Below, piece by piece: positions 15,308-28,438 of a stretch of DNA of 64,000 nt (position 1 is the stretch's first letter; each line of letters begins with the position of its first letter). The notes beneath the pieces were generated by a model, which was given only the letters and a program-made list of their open reading frames with translations, had not been told where the DNA came from and did no database searches. The position numbers were made by a program, and so were the translations under genes. The DNA is taken from assembly GCF_006345805.1 (NCBI RefSeq), contig NC_043005.1, positions 68,696,001 through 68,760,000 on the forward strand, given 5' to 3'. Source of the DNA: Octopus sinensis (Eukaryota).

Positions 15308-17167
15308 ATATATATATAAGTGTGTGTGTGTGTGTGTATACGTCCTAATGAATATTTTGATTAAAATACCCTCCACAGATATCTGTTGAATATCACTGTT
15401 GTGTAGACCATATCCCCTTTTATTAAAGATCTTTGTCCGTGACAATTACATTTAACTTTCCGCTTGATCACATCCGAACATCTTATAAGACACACTAAAT
15501 CAGTTATTTGCTATATTCGCTATAAACTGTTGAAGTATGACAGGTCTCAGTACAATGTCAGAGACTACGCGGTATTAAACTACAATACCGGTGGTAGCAA
15601 CATAATGTTTAGGTACGCAACTGGATTTTACATTTAAATCTTCAGTTTACTGCACTCGAATATTGTGACGCGTCTATCAGTGAATTCTTAATAGAAGATA
15701 AAGGTAATACGACGTAGATAGCCCTTTAATTCATTAGAGCATAGTGCTATCTGTTGCTACTTCCATCATCACCTAAATTATTTAACGTCTTTCACAGCAC
15801 TAACCTGCCGCTATTCATTTCTGTAATCGTGTTTACGTTTGCATTCCAATTTTATATTGTGCCTGTCAGATATCTTTAGATTCCCCCCCAAAAAAAACTG
15901 AGCTGTTTATTATTAATGTTAAATTTAGTTACTTCAGCAGACATTCTGGCAATAATTCCAATTATTTTAAAATAGTTCTTCATAGAAATGTGATCAGAAA
16001 CTGGATAAACATTTTAATCTGTATTAAACCAAGACAGCTTTCACATTTTTACTTTTGTCTCCACTGCTGTAAATACGCTTCATCTATCGATCTACTGTAG
16101 ATAAAATTAATGATGGCATTATAAAACTGGTTAATTATACTAGCTTTGTTTAAAAGAGCTTGGTAGGGATAATGTGCCCTTCGAATATAGTTATCAAACC
16201 GATAAATAAAATTTATCATTGCCATTAATGATTAATTAATCAATACAACTCTTACAAAATTAAGTGAACATTGTTCTGCTTGTATGTATTAGAGAATATT
16301 CATAATATACTGCCGTCTAGACGGAAAATCGATGCAAACACTCATCATGCACCGTAGAAATGTACTACATAATATACATACTATTATTTCCAGTACACCG
16401 CCATTTCATCGAAATGATTGTCTTACATATAACTATAACAATGATGTTAACATTGGCTCACGCGCATACCTTTTACAGAATGTAATATAGATTACAGTGT
16501 CCCATTACCGGGTGGCTGATTATTTTGTCATTCATGTAAGGACCATAAGTTGACTTCTACGCGAACTGAACGCAAAAACGTAACACGTTTTAATATAACA
16601 CACGCGATATTTTAACGATGAATAGTAATATTATTTCTATATTGGCTACATCATTATGGTTTTCAATTATATATGAAAGATACATTTTAATTTTATACAT
16701 TATATAGCAAACGCTCAGATACTTATTTATTAACATATGCTTTCTATTAAGTTAATTTCATCTATTATGTTTCAAAGATCTTCCACAGTAAATGCATACC
16801 ATTGCAGTTAAAATACAAGTTAAATATATTGCAAAATTTTAACAGTAAAATCTAAACAAGTAGTAAAATATGAAATAAATAATTTGCAGTATGGAGATTT
16901 ATTTGTGTAAAACCCCATTTAAGTTACAATGCAGTCAATTTTAACTTTAAAGCTACTGGATAGATACAATTGACATGATAATAATTGTTCCTGTGCCGAT
17001 CGAACTGAAAATAAATCTATGATCTTTTTAAACTTTCAAGCAATCAGTAAATTATAGCTTTATCTGAAATCGTAATTAACGCTATAAAAAGCTAGATTCG
17101 CTAGTATTGATAAACAAATCAATATATGTTGATTAAATATTGTGCGATAAAGTCTCAAATATCATAG

Positions 17168-17237
<70 letters not shown>

Positions 17238-18381
17238 ATTTAAACTTAGGCAGCTGTATGGTGTTGTATCTAATGGCACAATAAAAATCTATGATTAGTT
17301 TCATAGTGGCGACTAAGTCTTTTAATTCCGATACAATGTTTTGGGCACATTCTATCCTAGGTAACCTTCATTTTCAAGAGAATATCAAGTGATATGATTG
17401 GATATTTTACTAATAATTCCGGGGGATATTCTACAATGTTGAAACATATTTTCTGCGTCAATTCACCCAGACTTATGTTGCAGTAGATATACACGTTATG
17501 CTGGAATTTTATAGTGTAACACAAATTTGTACAATCTTGTAATAAAAAAAAATGTGATATTTAAAGCCACACACTAAATTATAATAATGTTTTATGTTTA
17601 CAAATATCTAACGACAAAAATGTGCTTTGATGTACAGTTAACTAGATAGCATTCATGTTTATGAATCATGGCCAACTAAAATCTATCCAAATTTTCATTT
17701 GGTTTGTCATACGTTTCTAGAGATCAAAAATATCATATCGACCTAAATCTGTTAAAACTGTGGATGAAAATAGGCACTTCTGTTGCAAAGGAAATATTTT
17801 GTGAACATGAAACGGTCGTCATTGAGAGCTGTGAATTTTGCTATTAGATAATGAAATGGTGGGCTTTAATAATTCAAAAGTCAAACAGAAATTAGAATAA
17901 ACTTCCTATAATTACTTAATCGATTACGACATAAAAGTTCAAATTATCTTTGAATTTAACCATGGTGGCCGCTCATTTTAATATTTTAATTTTTCACTGT
18001 TAAACAGTTAACACCCAGTTTCTGATTTCCAAGTTTTTTGTTTGAAGGAAAGAATTGTTGTACAATAGATCGGCCAAAAATCTCACCTTCGGTGCCCTGG
18101 TATCCGATCGCGTAGAAATTTACCATTCCATGCTATTATATTTCAAAAATGAAGAAAATAATTCCCAACAGCGCAATTATGTACTTAAAAGGAAATGAAA
18201 GACAAATCAACTTGACACCTACACAAAGACACGTACATATAGTCAGACATACATAGAAATGCAGAATATATATGCATATATATATATATATGCCTATTAG
18301 AATTTTACCTACACGCCTACATACGTATGCACATACATACACACACATGTACACACACATGGTTGTACAGTTGTACACATG

Positions 18382-18418
<37 letters not shown>

Positions 18419-18651
18419 CCACATGTATATATTTAGGTTAGTTAAAATATGTTTCTGACATATTTCAACTGCTAAATGGTATGTACGGCAGTTACCGCGA
18501 TGAAAATACCTCTTTTTTTGTAAAAGCTTTGAAAACACCCGGTTTGTTCAGTAACGCCATCTATCCGGAATCCCAGATATCGATGTGCCGAGTTTATTGA
18601 CACTTATCAATGGATGAACCATACACACACACACACACACATAGTAAATGA

Positions 18652-18915
18652 AAGACGGAAGATGGACTATACAAGAATTTTCATTATTAATCACGACAAT
18701 TGTTCCGATACATCTAGCCTCGATCCCTCAAGGGTAGGTCAACTAACTACTCGTTGAGGTGCATCCGGCGGTGCAGATGTGTCTAATCGGTGGATAAATA
18801 GATACAACTCATTAAAATAAAAGCTCCACAATGTATCTTCTCATTTTGTAGAAAGATAAGCATCAAAACGAAGGAAATATCTTTATTCATATAGAAGATC
18901 AAAATTAAAATCATA
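18652..18915 (-). mobile_element. About 260-bp dispersed repeat (probable PLE pseudo-LTR) homologous to 61905-62165
   Basis: Colinear similarity by eye, e.g. attaatcacgacaatt, ggcggtgcagatgt, ttttgtagaaaga. Confidence 0.75.
18687..18798 (-). ncRNA. Degenerate type I hammerhead ribozyme, copy 1
   Basis: Minus strand CCGATTA GACACATCTG...TAGATGTATC GGAAC AATT GTC gtgattaa; core positions are mutated. Confidence 0.55.
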
Positions 18916-19066
18916 AATACAAAAAAAAACGAACACGCAATACAGTGAGAAAGGTATTAAAAATAACCGATAACAGATATGGATGAATTAAACTTAATTC
19001 ATCTATACTATAAAATAAATTATGTTAACAGTTACTCAAATTCATTCCCACTGCATTTGTTCGTAA

Positions 19067-19533
19067 GTACTTTTATATGCGTGTAGGCATCTTGGAAATC
19101 GTCCTAATTGCAACCACGCAAGTGTTTCAAAGACAATCTTTAAAACACTTATAAAAAGATCAATATCTATAGTAACACACATGAAGAACTTGCACCAGAA
19201 ACTGATCTGCGGAAGAACTGACGGTGAATCGAAAAACGGGTGTAAATATACGGAGGAGATGAACCCTCTCTCTTACAAGGGTATGAAAGCGTCCCTTTCG
19301 TGTGACCAATGGGGTTGTGATTATTCCTGAAATGCAGACCTACCCAACCGCATGTGTCACCACGGTGTAGCCTCTTACTACTAATGCAATATCCAATGCA
19401 ATGTTCTTTCCTGCACAATATGTAGAGGTGTGCACGGGTCGGCTAACAGTCTTACTCATCATTGTAAGTCCATCCACACGGCCAAACATTGTAGGACCAT
19501 CCAGATGATCAGACTGATGCTGCTGGAAGGCTG
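19067..19533 (+). pseudogene. Decayed C2H2 zinc-finger reading frame (frame +2, two internal stops)
   Basis: CTICRGVHGSANSLTHHCKSIH at 19412-19477 fits C-x2-C-x12-H-x4-H; partial fingers CDQWGCDYS and THMKNLH lie in the same frame. Confidence 0.5.
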
Positions 19534-19645
19534 ATTTGTGATCGGAGTGGAATGACGTCATCAACGACATGGAGAACAAATGACAGTGAAATTGGTTCAA
19601 GAAGAATTCGACGTCCACCATGCATATGTATTACATATATGTATA

Positions 19646-19945
19646 TATGACGGAATCTCCAGTGGAAGCCAACGAATGAGCGTTCAACATTTTGCCGAAC
19701 GACCTGAACAAATGATTTGCTTATAGTAATCAAATATTCGTTCCACACATTAGCTCGCCCTCCATCAAATCGACGTTGTCTGAACAGATGTAACGTGCAC
19801 CACGCGGTAGGTGACTGGGTGATCGCAGAGCAGCGTGAGATGAAGTGTTTGGCTGAAGAACAGAAGACATCACCTGGTCGAGGAATGGAAATAATGATCT
19901 AGCGATCGTGAGAGCAACACCCTAAACATTACGCCATGCGCTCTC
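19646..19945 (-). mobile_element. tRNA-derived SINE (family E)
   Basis: Minus strand starts gagagcgcatggcgtaatgtttagggtgttgctctcacgatcg (tRNA-like head) then gttcttcagccaaacactt. Confidence 0.75.
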
Positions 19946-20019
19946 ATAATACATACATGCATACATACATACGTACATAGATACGTACATACACACATAT
20001 ATATATGTATGATATATAA

Positions 20020-20050
<31 letters not shown>

Positions 20051-20607
20051 TGAATTTATGTATATATGTATGTATGTACGTATATATGTATGTATTGTGC
20101 ACTATTCCGTGATGGTGTTATCAACAACAACAGTGTCCATCTGGTGAGAGATATTTATTATTTAATAAAGACAATGTTTGTTTTTTTATTTATTTATGTG
20201 CTACTATTGGTTTCATGTGCTGAGAGCATGTCAGACAGTGTTACACCCTCTTCGGATTCAATAACTGTAACACGGATTCTAAGACACAAACTTTTCTGCC
20301 GTATATGTTATGGTCGAAAGGGAAACAACTCTAATTCACTCCCTTTGCTTCTTTCTGTTTTTTTTTGTTTACCTGTTTTCTGCTGTTTCAACCTTCCACT
20401 GTTTATATTTGCTTATTTCTCGCCTTTTCTCACGTTTTCTTTCATCCTATCGTCCTATTCTTAGTTCGTTATACCATGTAAGCGGTGTCTAATGATTATA
20501 TCAGGACACTATATGTGTTAAAGACGTTGTCTGGCAATCTTTCAACACATGAACACATGAATCTAATAGTAGTACATGAAAACTTATATTGTGTTTGCTA
20601 GATAATG

Positions 20608-20638
<31 letters not shown>

Positions 20639-20954
20639 AAAGAGGATGTGTAATTTCCACGCAGTAAGAAATATAGGCAAAATTGTTGTTGAAAATACAG
20701 CTAAATTTGAGAAAAAATGTAATTATGACTAAATAAATTTATTTACATATATACCAAAATATTCTTTACATTTGTTTTTGTTTATCAATGGTAATAATTT
20801 TAAAATTATGAATTAGAAAAACGTTTAAATGTTTCAATGTTTACAAGTTTCAATAATAAAAAAAATATGATTTATATGTTCATAACATTCAACAATACAA
20901 GAAAGTGGATCATGTTGTTTAAACCTACAAAATTCCATAGTGTTAGTAGTGATT

Positions 20955-21720
20955 AATAAGGAATGTGGATCATCAAAGTTTCGGTCCTACTGAGTTAAGA
21001 GGGAGAAAAACAAGGGTGAAATGAAGATAGTAAAAAAACGATTTGGTCTTCAGTTTCTGTGATTCTTTTTCCGTTGTGTTCAGTGACTTTCGCTTGTAAC
21101 GGCATCCTTTGGAATCCGACGTATTTATAATTTTTTCCCTGAACGGATCTCATTTTTGATTCGTTAATGTACTGTTGACGTCTGTTTTTTCTGGCCGTCA
21201 AGTTTGTTGTTCTGCGTGGTTAGCTTCCTTGTGGGGAAAAGTCAACAGCCGTTCCAGTTGGTTGATACTCTTGTTATACTTGTTGAAGTTCGGTTTTAAT
21301 AAGTGGTAAAATTTAACTGGTCTAGAGTTTGGGTGACATCAGCAACTGGTGTTTGTAAAACATCAGTGTTGTAGAGTTAGGTGACGTCAGCAACTGGGTA
21401 TCTATATTGTTATTGTATGGTGAAATTTTACCTCCGATAAAAACCTAACCTCAGCAAATACAACAAAATGGCACTTTAAGAAAATCAACCAACTTGAATG
21501 GCTGATGTCCGTTCCCCACAAGGAAGCTAACGAGGCCGAAAGACAAACTTGAACACCAAAAAAACAAGACGTCACCTGTACTTTAACGAATCAAAATCAA
21601 ATACCCCGGATTCCAAACAACACCGTTACAAGCGGAATCATGGCTCACAACGGAAACTGCGAAGAACTCCAAGTTTTCCAATGGAATACACTAAGTTTAT
21701 GGTTCATCACATTTCTATAT
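20955..21720. repeat. Diverged inverted repeat (clearest arms about 21040-21272 and 21478-21670)
   Basis: ttccccacaaggaagctaac, ttaacgaatcaaaa and ccgttacaagcg occur in both orientations; the spacer holds a tandem 35-bp duplication. Confidence 0.85.
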
Positions 21721-21877
21721 TGTAAATTCATAGTTTGTCGCCAGACTAACCGGTTTATACGTAGATTAATATATAAGACAATATATAAAATATGAATTAC
21801 ATATCAGTAGTATTAATCAATCTGTTATCAAATAGCCAAATCCGAACTGTCTTATGTTAGTACTGCCACTGATTCTC

Positions 21878-22177
21878 TTTAAAGAAACCACTTTCGGTCA
21901 TGAACGACTAGAAAGTTACCCTCCGAGGAACATGCCCAGGCAACGTTGTTTATTCAAGACCAGTAGTTGTCCATGCGTACAGCTCCCCCAATCCCCACGC
22001 CGCTGATCCAGAGAAAAGGCAAAGGTTGAAGCAGCTTGGTACCAATGACGCTGCAACTCATTTCTACGGCTGAGTGAACTGGAGTAACATGAAATAAAGT
22101 GTCTGGCTCAAGAACACATCACACACCTCGGTCCGGGAATCAAACCTATTCCCTCATGATTGTGAGCCCGACGCCAT
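21878..22177 (-). mobile_element. tRNA-derived SINE (family C)
   Basis: Minus strand gggctcacaatcatgagg...tttgattcccggacc...gttcttgagccagacactttatttc. Confidence 0.75.
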
Positions 22178-22848
22178 GGTCTTTAAGAAACGTACGAATG
22201 CGACACTTTCCTATTGATCTTATCGATTCAATTGCTGGCTAGTGCCCACGGAAAGGGATAGTGCATAACTATCATATAAACGCTTATATATCTGTTTTTT
22301 TCTTTTAATTTTCTTACATTCCTCACGAAAATAATCTCTTAAATTGCTATTCAAAATTTGTAGAATTCATTAGATTACAGTAAGGGTTAATATTTACTCA
22401 AGTGCTTTTAATTCTTCTTCGATATTATAGCCACATCAAGATTTGTGGTTTAATGTACTTTGTAAGTTTATATTGACAATTCTAATTTGCGGTAAAATTC
22501 CCCATGCCAATTAGTACCGTCTGAATGGAGTAAACACTTTCTCACTCTCATATAGCTCATAAATAGACCACAGCCTCTGTAATTCAGCATGGCAATTAAT
22601 GAAGCAATGTTAACGAACGCTAAATAAAAATGTAGTAATAAACATCAGTGTTGATCACCAGTAATGAATATCTAAATTGAACGCTATTATATTTAGAGCT
22701 ACATTATTAAACATGAATAAGTCAAATTACCTGATAATGCTAACAACGTTATATGTAATTATTATCATCAGTAACACCGGGATAAATTGATTGCTTCATA
22801 CTGCTTAATTTTATGCGATCAAATTTTGCTAAGTTGACTTCCTTTCAG

Positions 22849-22975
22849 GTTTTCGGATTTGATAAAGCAGGTATACCGAGTGTACGGGTATCAATTCTAT
22901 CACGTGTCCACTTTTGTTTTTCAAAAATTACTAGCTTTACATGAAAGGCAAAACAGAACACAATATCTGGTTTTC
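22849..22975 (+). CDS. Candidate internal exon FSDLIKQVYRVYGYQFYHVSTFVFQKLLALHERQNRTQYLVF
   Basis: Acceptor ttgacttcctttcag, donor TTC/gtgagt, 127-nt open frame, phase 2 to 0. Confidence 0.5.
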
Positions 22976-23788
22976 GTGAGTGTGTTCATTTTTTATGAAA
23001 TGAATTTTTATAGTCAATGTTTGAATAGATTTCTAAGATCAACACAGACCTCAAAGTCAAAAGTAACATGAGGCCGCAGCCTTTTCTTATTGTCGTTTTC
23101 TATTTCGGCCTCGTACAGATAATGAAAACTATCTGCGAGGAATATGCACAAATTCAAGGTCTTTAAACGGATTATAACATCCTCAGGTAAACTGGAACAT
23201 TTCGGAAATGTGCTAATAAATGCTATTGAATTTAAAGTTGCATTGTTTATCAATGTTTCTTTTGAAATATCGTCATGCTTTAAGCGAACACAAAGGTTAT
23301 CCCCGTTTCCTGGGACCTGCCAATTTATTGTGAAAACACTATGAACTTCTAACTTCAAATACAAATCAATACAAATGATACTGGAATATGTATGAGAGAT
23401 ATAATGTCTTTGATTAGTCACTTTGATAAAATGCGAAGTTCTTGAAGGCAAACATATGCTCCGGCTAACAAGAATCTGGCTGTCATTGTAAATATGTTTT
23501 CAAAGTATAAAACATCCTAAGTTTCAATATTGATGCTACTATCCAGACACAAAAATATAAGTAATATTAATTGTCAATAATTTGTAAGGCAGTTCTAAAG
23601 GAATATATATTTTAACAGCACTAATTGACCTTTTCAGTTATTACTTTTACAGGAAAAACAAAACGCATTTATGTATCACGCAGACAAAGAAAAGACACCA
23701 GAGATAAAAAAACATGGTTTGTCTGATGCTAAAAGAATACATTCAGATGTTTGGCGTCGAGTTGAACGATTTTCACTATTTGCACTAA

Positions 23789-23953
23789 GGGCGGTGAGTT
23801 AAATGAATCGTTAGTACGCCTGGCAGTCCGTCCTTTCGTTCTGAGTTCAATTCCGTCGAGGTCGACTTTGCCTTTAATCCTTTCGGGAACGAGAAAATAA
23901 GTACCAGTTACCACCTCGCCCGAACTTGCTGAACTTGTGTCAAAATTTGAGAA
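23789..23953 (+). mobile_element. SINE family A
   Basis: ggcggtgag...gttctgagttcaattccgtcgaggtcgactttgcctttaatcctttcgg. Confidence 0.9.
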
Positions 23954-23989
23954 CAATATTTTGGTTAACTAAATTGCTATATACCTGGA

Positions 23990-24420
23990 GTTACAATAGA
24001 GGCTTTGCATACAAAGGAGAAGCCATCGTGTTGCACAGTCTGAAGCCACCTTTCTTATTTCATTATTGCCCACAAGGGGCTAAACACATGGGGGACAAAC
24101 AAGGACAGACAAAGGGATTAAGTCGATTACATCAACCTCAGTGCGTAACTGGTACTTAATTTATCTACCCCGAAAGGATGAAAGGCAAAGTCGATCTCGG
24201 CGGAATTTGAACTCAGAACGTAACGGCAGACGAAACGGCACTAAGCATTTCGCCCGGCGTTCTAACATTTCTGCCAGCTCGCCGCTTTCTGATGCCCCCT
24301 TTCTGCCAGTTCTTTGATCCCACGCTGAAACAAGTTCTTATACTTTCAGGCGAAGAACTCCTTCACTGAAACTCTCACCTCCTCTTGGTTCATAAAGCAT
24401 CGCGAGCGCAAGAGGTGAGG
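23990..24420 (-). mobile_element. Mariner transposase C-terminal relic interrupted by a SINE
   Basis: LRSRCFMNQEEVRVSVKEFFA*KYKNLFQRGIKELAE continues as ERWLQTVQHDG across the SINE; cctttct occurs on both sides of the SINE. Confidence 0.7.
24054..24287 (-). mobile_element. SINE family A, well conserved copy
   Basis: Near match to the reverse complement of 57562-57797. Confidence 0.95.
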
Positions 24421-25210
24421 CATGGCACGGAACAATTAATAATGCCAGGGAAATATTTTTCCGCAAACCTAAGCATTGGTGAATCAAGATCCAGCTTCCG
24501 GGGCCTGTCGTCAAACATAGGAATTTCGAACAGATTGCCATTTTCGGTCATTAGTGCGCAGAAATTGAGTTCTTCTGCAGTAAGACAATGTAAGATATTT
24601 TAACGGGAGAATTTGCGTTGAGGGATAGAGGTGGTTCGAATTCCATTTATACATGTGCGTGTAGATAAAAGGAAACAGAAAACCGGGAGGATAAAATGTG
24701 ATGATTTCTCCAAGACGTTAAAGAGTATTAACAAGGCAAATCTTTTGAGACATACCTTGAGATATACTCTCAACACATATACAGTGGTTTCTGCTGCAGT
24801 TGGTAAATAATGTATGCCAAGTAGAACAAGAAAACTAATGCCAGACTTAACTTGTGCTGGAGGACAGGAATTAACGTACTCCTCAAAGGCATTCCGGAGG
24901 CGGCCTGCAAAATAAATTTCCTCTCTGCCGAGGTCCCAACTCCTTAAATAAATGGTGGAAGAGATTTCCTTATATAGCTGATAGTAGTTCCCAGCGGGTA
25001 GACATAGATTTCTCACGCTCGGCTGATCCAACACGTAATGGGAAGAGAGCCAGAAGAGCAAGACCAACACGTGACCAAGTCATGTGACCACTGTTATGAG
25101 ACTCTTTAAGCCTAAACAAGCATGATTCTGCCAGGATCTCATACCACTCGAACGAGCCGCAATAAATTCTAGAAACTTGAAAGGGAACAGGCTGATTCTA
25201 CACCCAGCAA

Positions 25211-25248
<38 letters not shown>

Positions 25249-25509
25249 GTATACATATCAGGTTCTTCACAGTCTCTGGTTTCCTTCTGTACAGTTCCTT
25301 CTTTCTTAATTAGTCAGAGTTGGGTTCTTTATATTGTTTCCTCAAAGTTAATGGATACGAAAGACCGAAGCTGTAAAACTAGCTCCTTAAGCACACAATC
25401 ATCGACAAAGTTTGAAGTTATAACCCGTTACATACTGTTGAGATACATGTAAATGGTAATTCGATAGACGATACTTTCCTATCCATTTGCAGCACCGTTT
25501 TTGATTTGA

Positions 25510-26720
25510 GGTCAGTAATCTTGATTCCATTAACTTTCCTCTTAAAATGTTGCAAGATAGCATCTTCTGGAAAAACATGAGGAAGGAAAACATTCGAGAG
25601 GGCCTATGTCCTATGATGAAGCACTAGTCATAAAGACTAGTGTGGGACCGAATGAATTGGACACAATAACATAAAATGCAAGTGGATATGGAGGGCTTGC
25701 TGGTAGAAGTACGAGGGCAGATAGGTCGGAAAAAAATCACTATATAAGCAAAAGCAGAGAGAGAAGAGATATCACGTTTGTGAGCGAGTGGATTGATCAT
25801 GTCATTTGTGGATACAATTCAATTTTGTTGAATGACTCATATGTGGATGTGCTTCAGGTTGCCTCTGTAACGTAGCAGCAACATCTACTCTTGTGTAGGT
25901 GTACTACTCTGTAGTGATGCTCCCTTGACTCTTACAGCATATTATCAATATCTCTTGTTACACTGTCCCAGTTATGGTTAGAATAGGCTTTCACAAGGGG
26001 ATACATTCTGTGATAATAGCCGCCAGCATTTGAAGCGACTGTGAGGGCTTTATCCAAATAGCATCCGTGTTTATTGGGAGTGTTATGCGGTGGATGTTTC
26101 TCTATATGTACAATACTAGATTAACCTTACTTGTCAAGAAACAAGGTTAGAAATTGAGCATTGAATGTTTCTCTTAATATTATTTCAATGTCTGTTTGTT
26201 GTTTGGTGTTTTGGCTACGGGTGTATGGTACATCGTTAGTGAAAGTGATGGAAGCATTTAGAATCGTATAAGCTGCCTAAGGAAGCAAAATGTCGGGCAA
26301 AACTGAATTCTAGAAAACATCATTGTTAATTGAAAGTGAGGAACAAAGAACCCCTTCAATATATGCTACGATGACACGATGAGATCGTAAGCTACTGATG
26401 CAAGGGATATAACGTGCGTTAAAGCGTAGTCGGGACGTTTTGATGGGAACTTTATGTGACAAGAATGTTCGAAGGCTTTGGTCGGATATAGCAAAATAGA
26501 TTACTTCAACTGAGAGTCATTGATGATAGAACTTACCATAGAGTAACTAAAGAGATTAGGTATACAGTGAATCCATTTGTTTGGGAAGCCACATTGGTGT
26601 TCAGTGGAGAGAGAGAGAGAAAGACAGAGATGTGGCTAGGGGAAGAGAGAGACTAAACTTCTTGGAGAACCTCTTTCTTAATGTTTATCTTCGAGGTGTT
26701 AGAGGTGAAAATGTTAATCA
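25510..26720 (-). mobile_element. Old degraded CR1-group LINE RT and 3' end
   Basis: Broken frames resemble KAF...SLSIN.DV..NSVL, PLAHKRDISSLSAF and VFLPHVFPEDAILQHFKRKVNG. Confidence 0.6.
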
Positions 26721-27162
26721 GTATCAGAATTCTCAGAATCTGAAAAATATTTCTGTTTGGCAATATCAAACTAATACGCTATGGTTTGTTTAAGATGTAA
26801 TATTTTAGATTAACTTCCTGTAGGCTGTCGAAATAATTCAGAAAAATAAATGATTTATTTAATGTGAAAAATAACCTATATATAACACTATTTCAAGACA
26901 GCAACTTTGATTTGTTGCCATTCAAATTGATTTCATAACCGCTATTCCCTCCTCAGGTATTCAGTGTCTCTGTATTATAGGTTGTTTTTATGGATTTTTA
27001 TCTGCTCCGAAATTAATGCACACATATATACTTGCATACATTTATGCCAGCACATATACATAAATACATACAGACACACCTACCTACCTACCTACCTACC
27101 TACATACCTACTTATCTAGCTACCTACCTACCTACCTACCTAACTACCTAACTACCTACCTA

Positions 27163-27207
<45 letters not shown>

Positions 27208-27304
27208 TATAGCTGTGTTGTGCGTATATACATACACATATGTGAGTGAGTACGTGTGCATATATATATATAATATATAATACACACACATACACACACA
27301 CACA

Positions 27305-27375
<71 letters not shown>

Positions 27376-27436
27376 ATTATATTTCATTTTGGGATTTGGT
27401 TTGCAAGACTCTCTATGTGAGTTCGTGTGTTGAATC

Positions 27437-27475
<39 letters not shown>

Positions 27476-27486
27476 ATATATATGCA

Positions 27487-27785
27487 AAAGCGTGGATGAG
27501 TGCTAAGAGGTTTGCTTCCCAACGACATGGTTCCGGGCTCAATCACACTGTGTGTTTTTTACTACAGCCTCGGGCTGACCAATATCAATGACTGCAGGTT
27601 TGTGGTTATGTCCCCCACTATCAATTGACAACCGGTGCTAGTGTGTTTACTTCCCTGTAACTTCGCAGTTCGGCAAAAGTGACTGATTGAATAAACACCA
27701 ACCTTAGCAAGACAAGCACTAGTGTCGATTCTTTGCACTAAAAATATTTGAAGATCGTGCCTCAGCATCACCACAGTCTGAAACT
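27487..27785 (+). mobile_element. SINE family B, degenerate and internally deleted
   Basis: catggttccgggctcaatcacactg...ctacagcctcgggctgacc...gcagttcggcaaaag. Confidence 0.8.
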
Positions 27786-28438
27786 CAATGTAAAAAATAA
27801 CTGTGTGTGTGTTTGTATGTACGTGCGCGTGTGTATGTATTTGTATGTGTGTATGCGTGTGTGTTTGTGTTTGTGTGTGTGTGTGTGAGTGTATTCAGGT
27901 CAGAGAAAGAATAATTATAATGATTCCCTATTTGTATTGCTTTTATTTTCATCCACAAACGCCCTTTTCCGTGATGGCTACCATTGGTAGTTTTGTAGTT
28001 TCTCTTGAACATTTAGCTTTAGGAGCTGTTTTCATTGTCTCATATCATATAGTTATTTGAGACTACGCACATATTTCTCTTATATGATTTCATTTATACT
28101 GAAATTGCTGCCACCCAATACTAGTGTCTTGTTTTTTAAGCAGTCCTATTATATTACTCAGCAGTTTATAATCGAAAAGAAACAGACGCAGAAAATATAT
28201 CAATCTAACTGTAGATATCCCTGTGTGCATGTATGCGTTTCTCTGTGTAATGGATGCAGTTTGATAAATAAATTCATGGGTGAACTGACACAATAAACAT
28301 ACCACATAGCTGGACGGAGGTTTATAATTTTATAATTTTCAGATTCCTTTAGTGTCATCATAGATTGATGTTCTTCAATAAAACTCCAATAAGAACTCTT
28401 GAAAAAACAAAAACCCCTAAATTTTTAAATTTTATATT

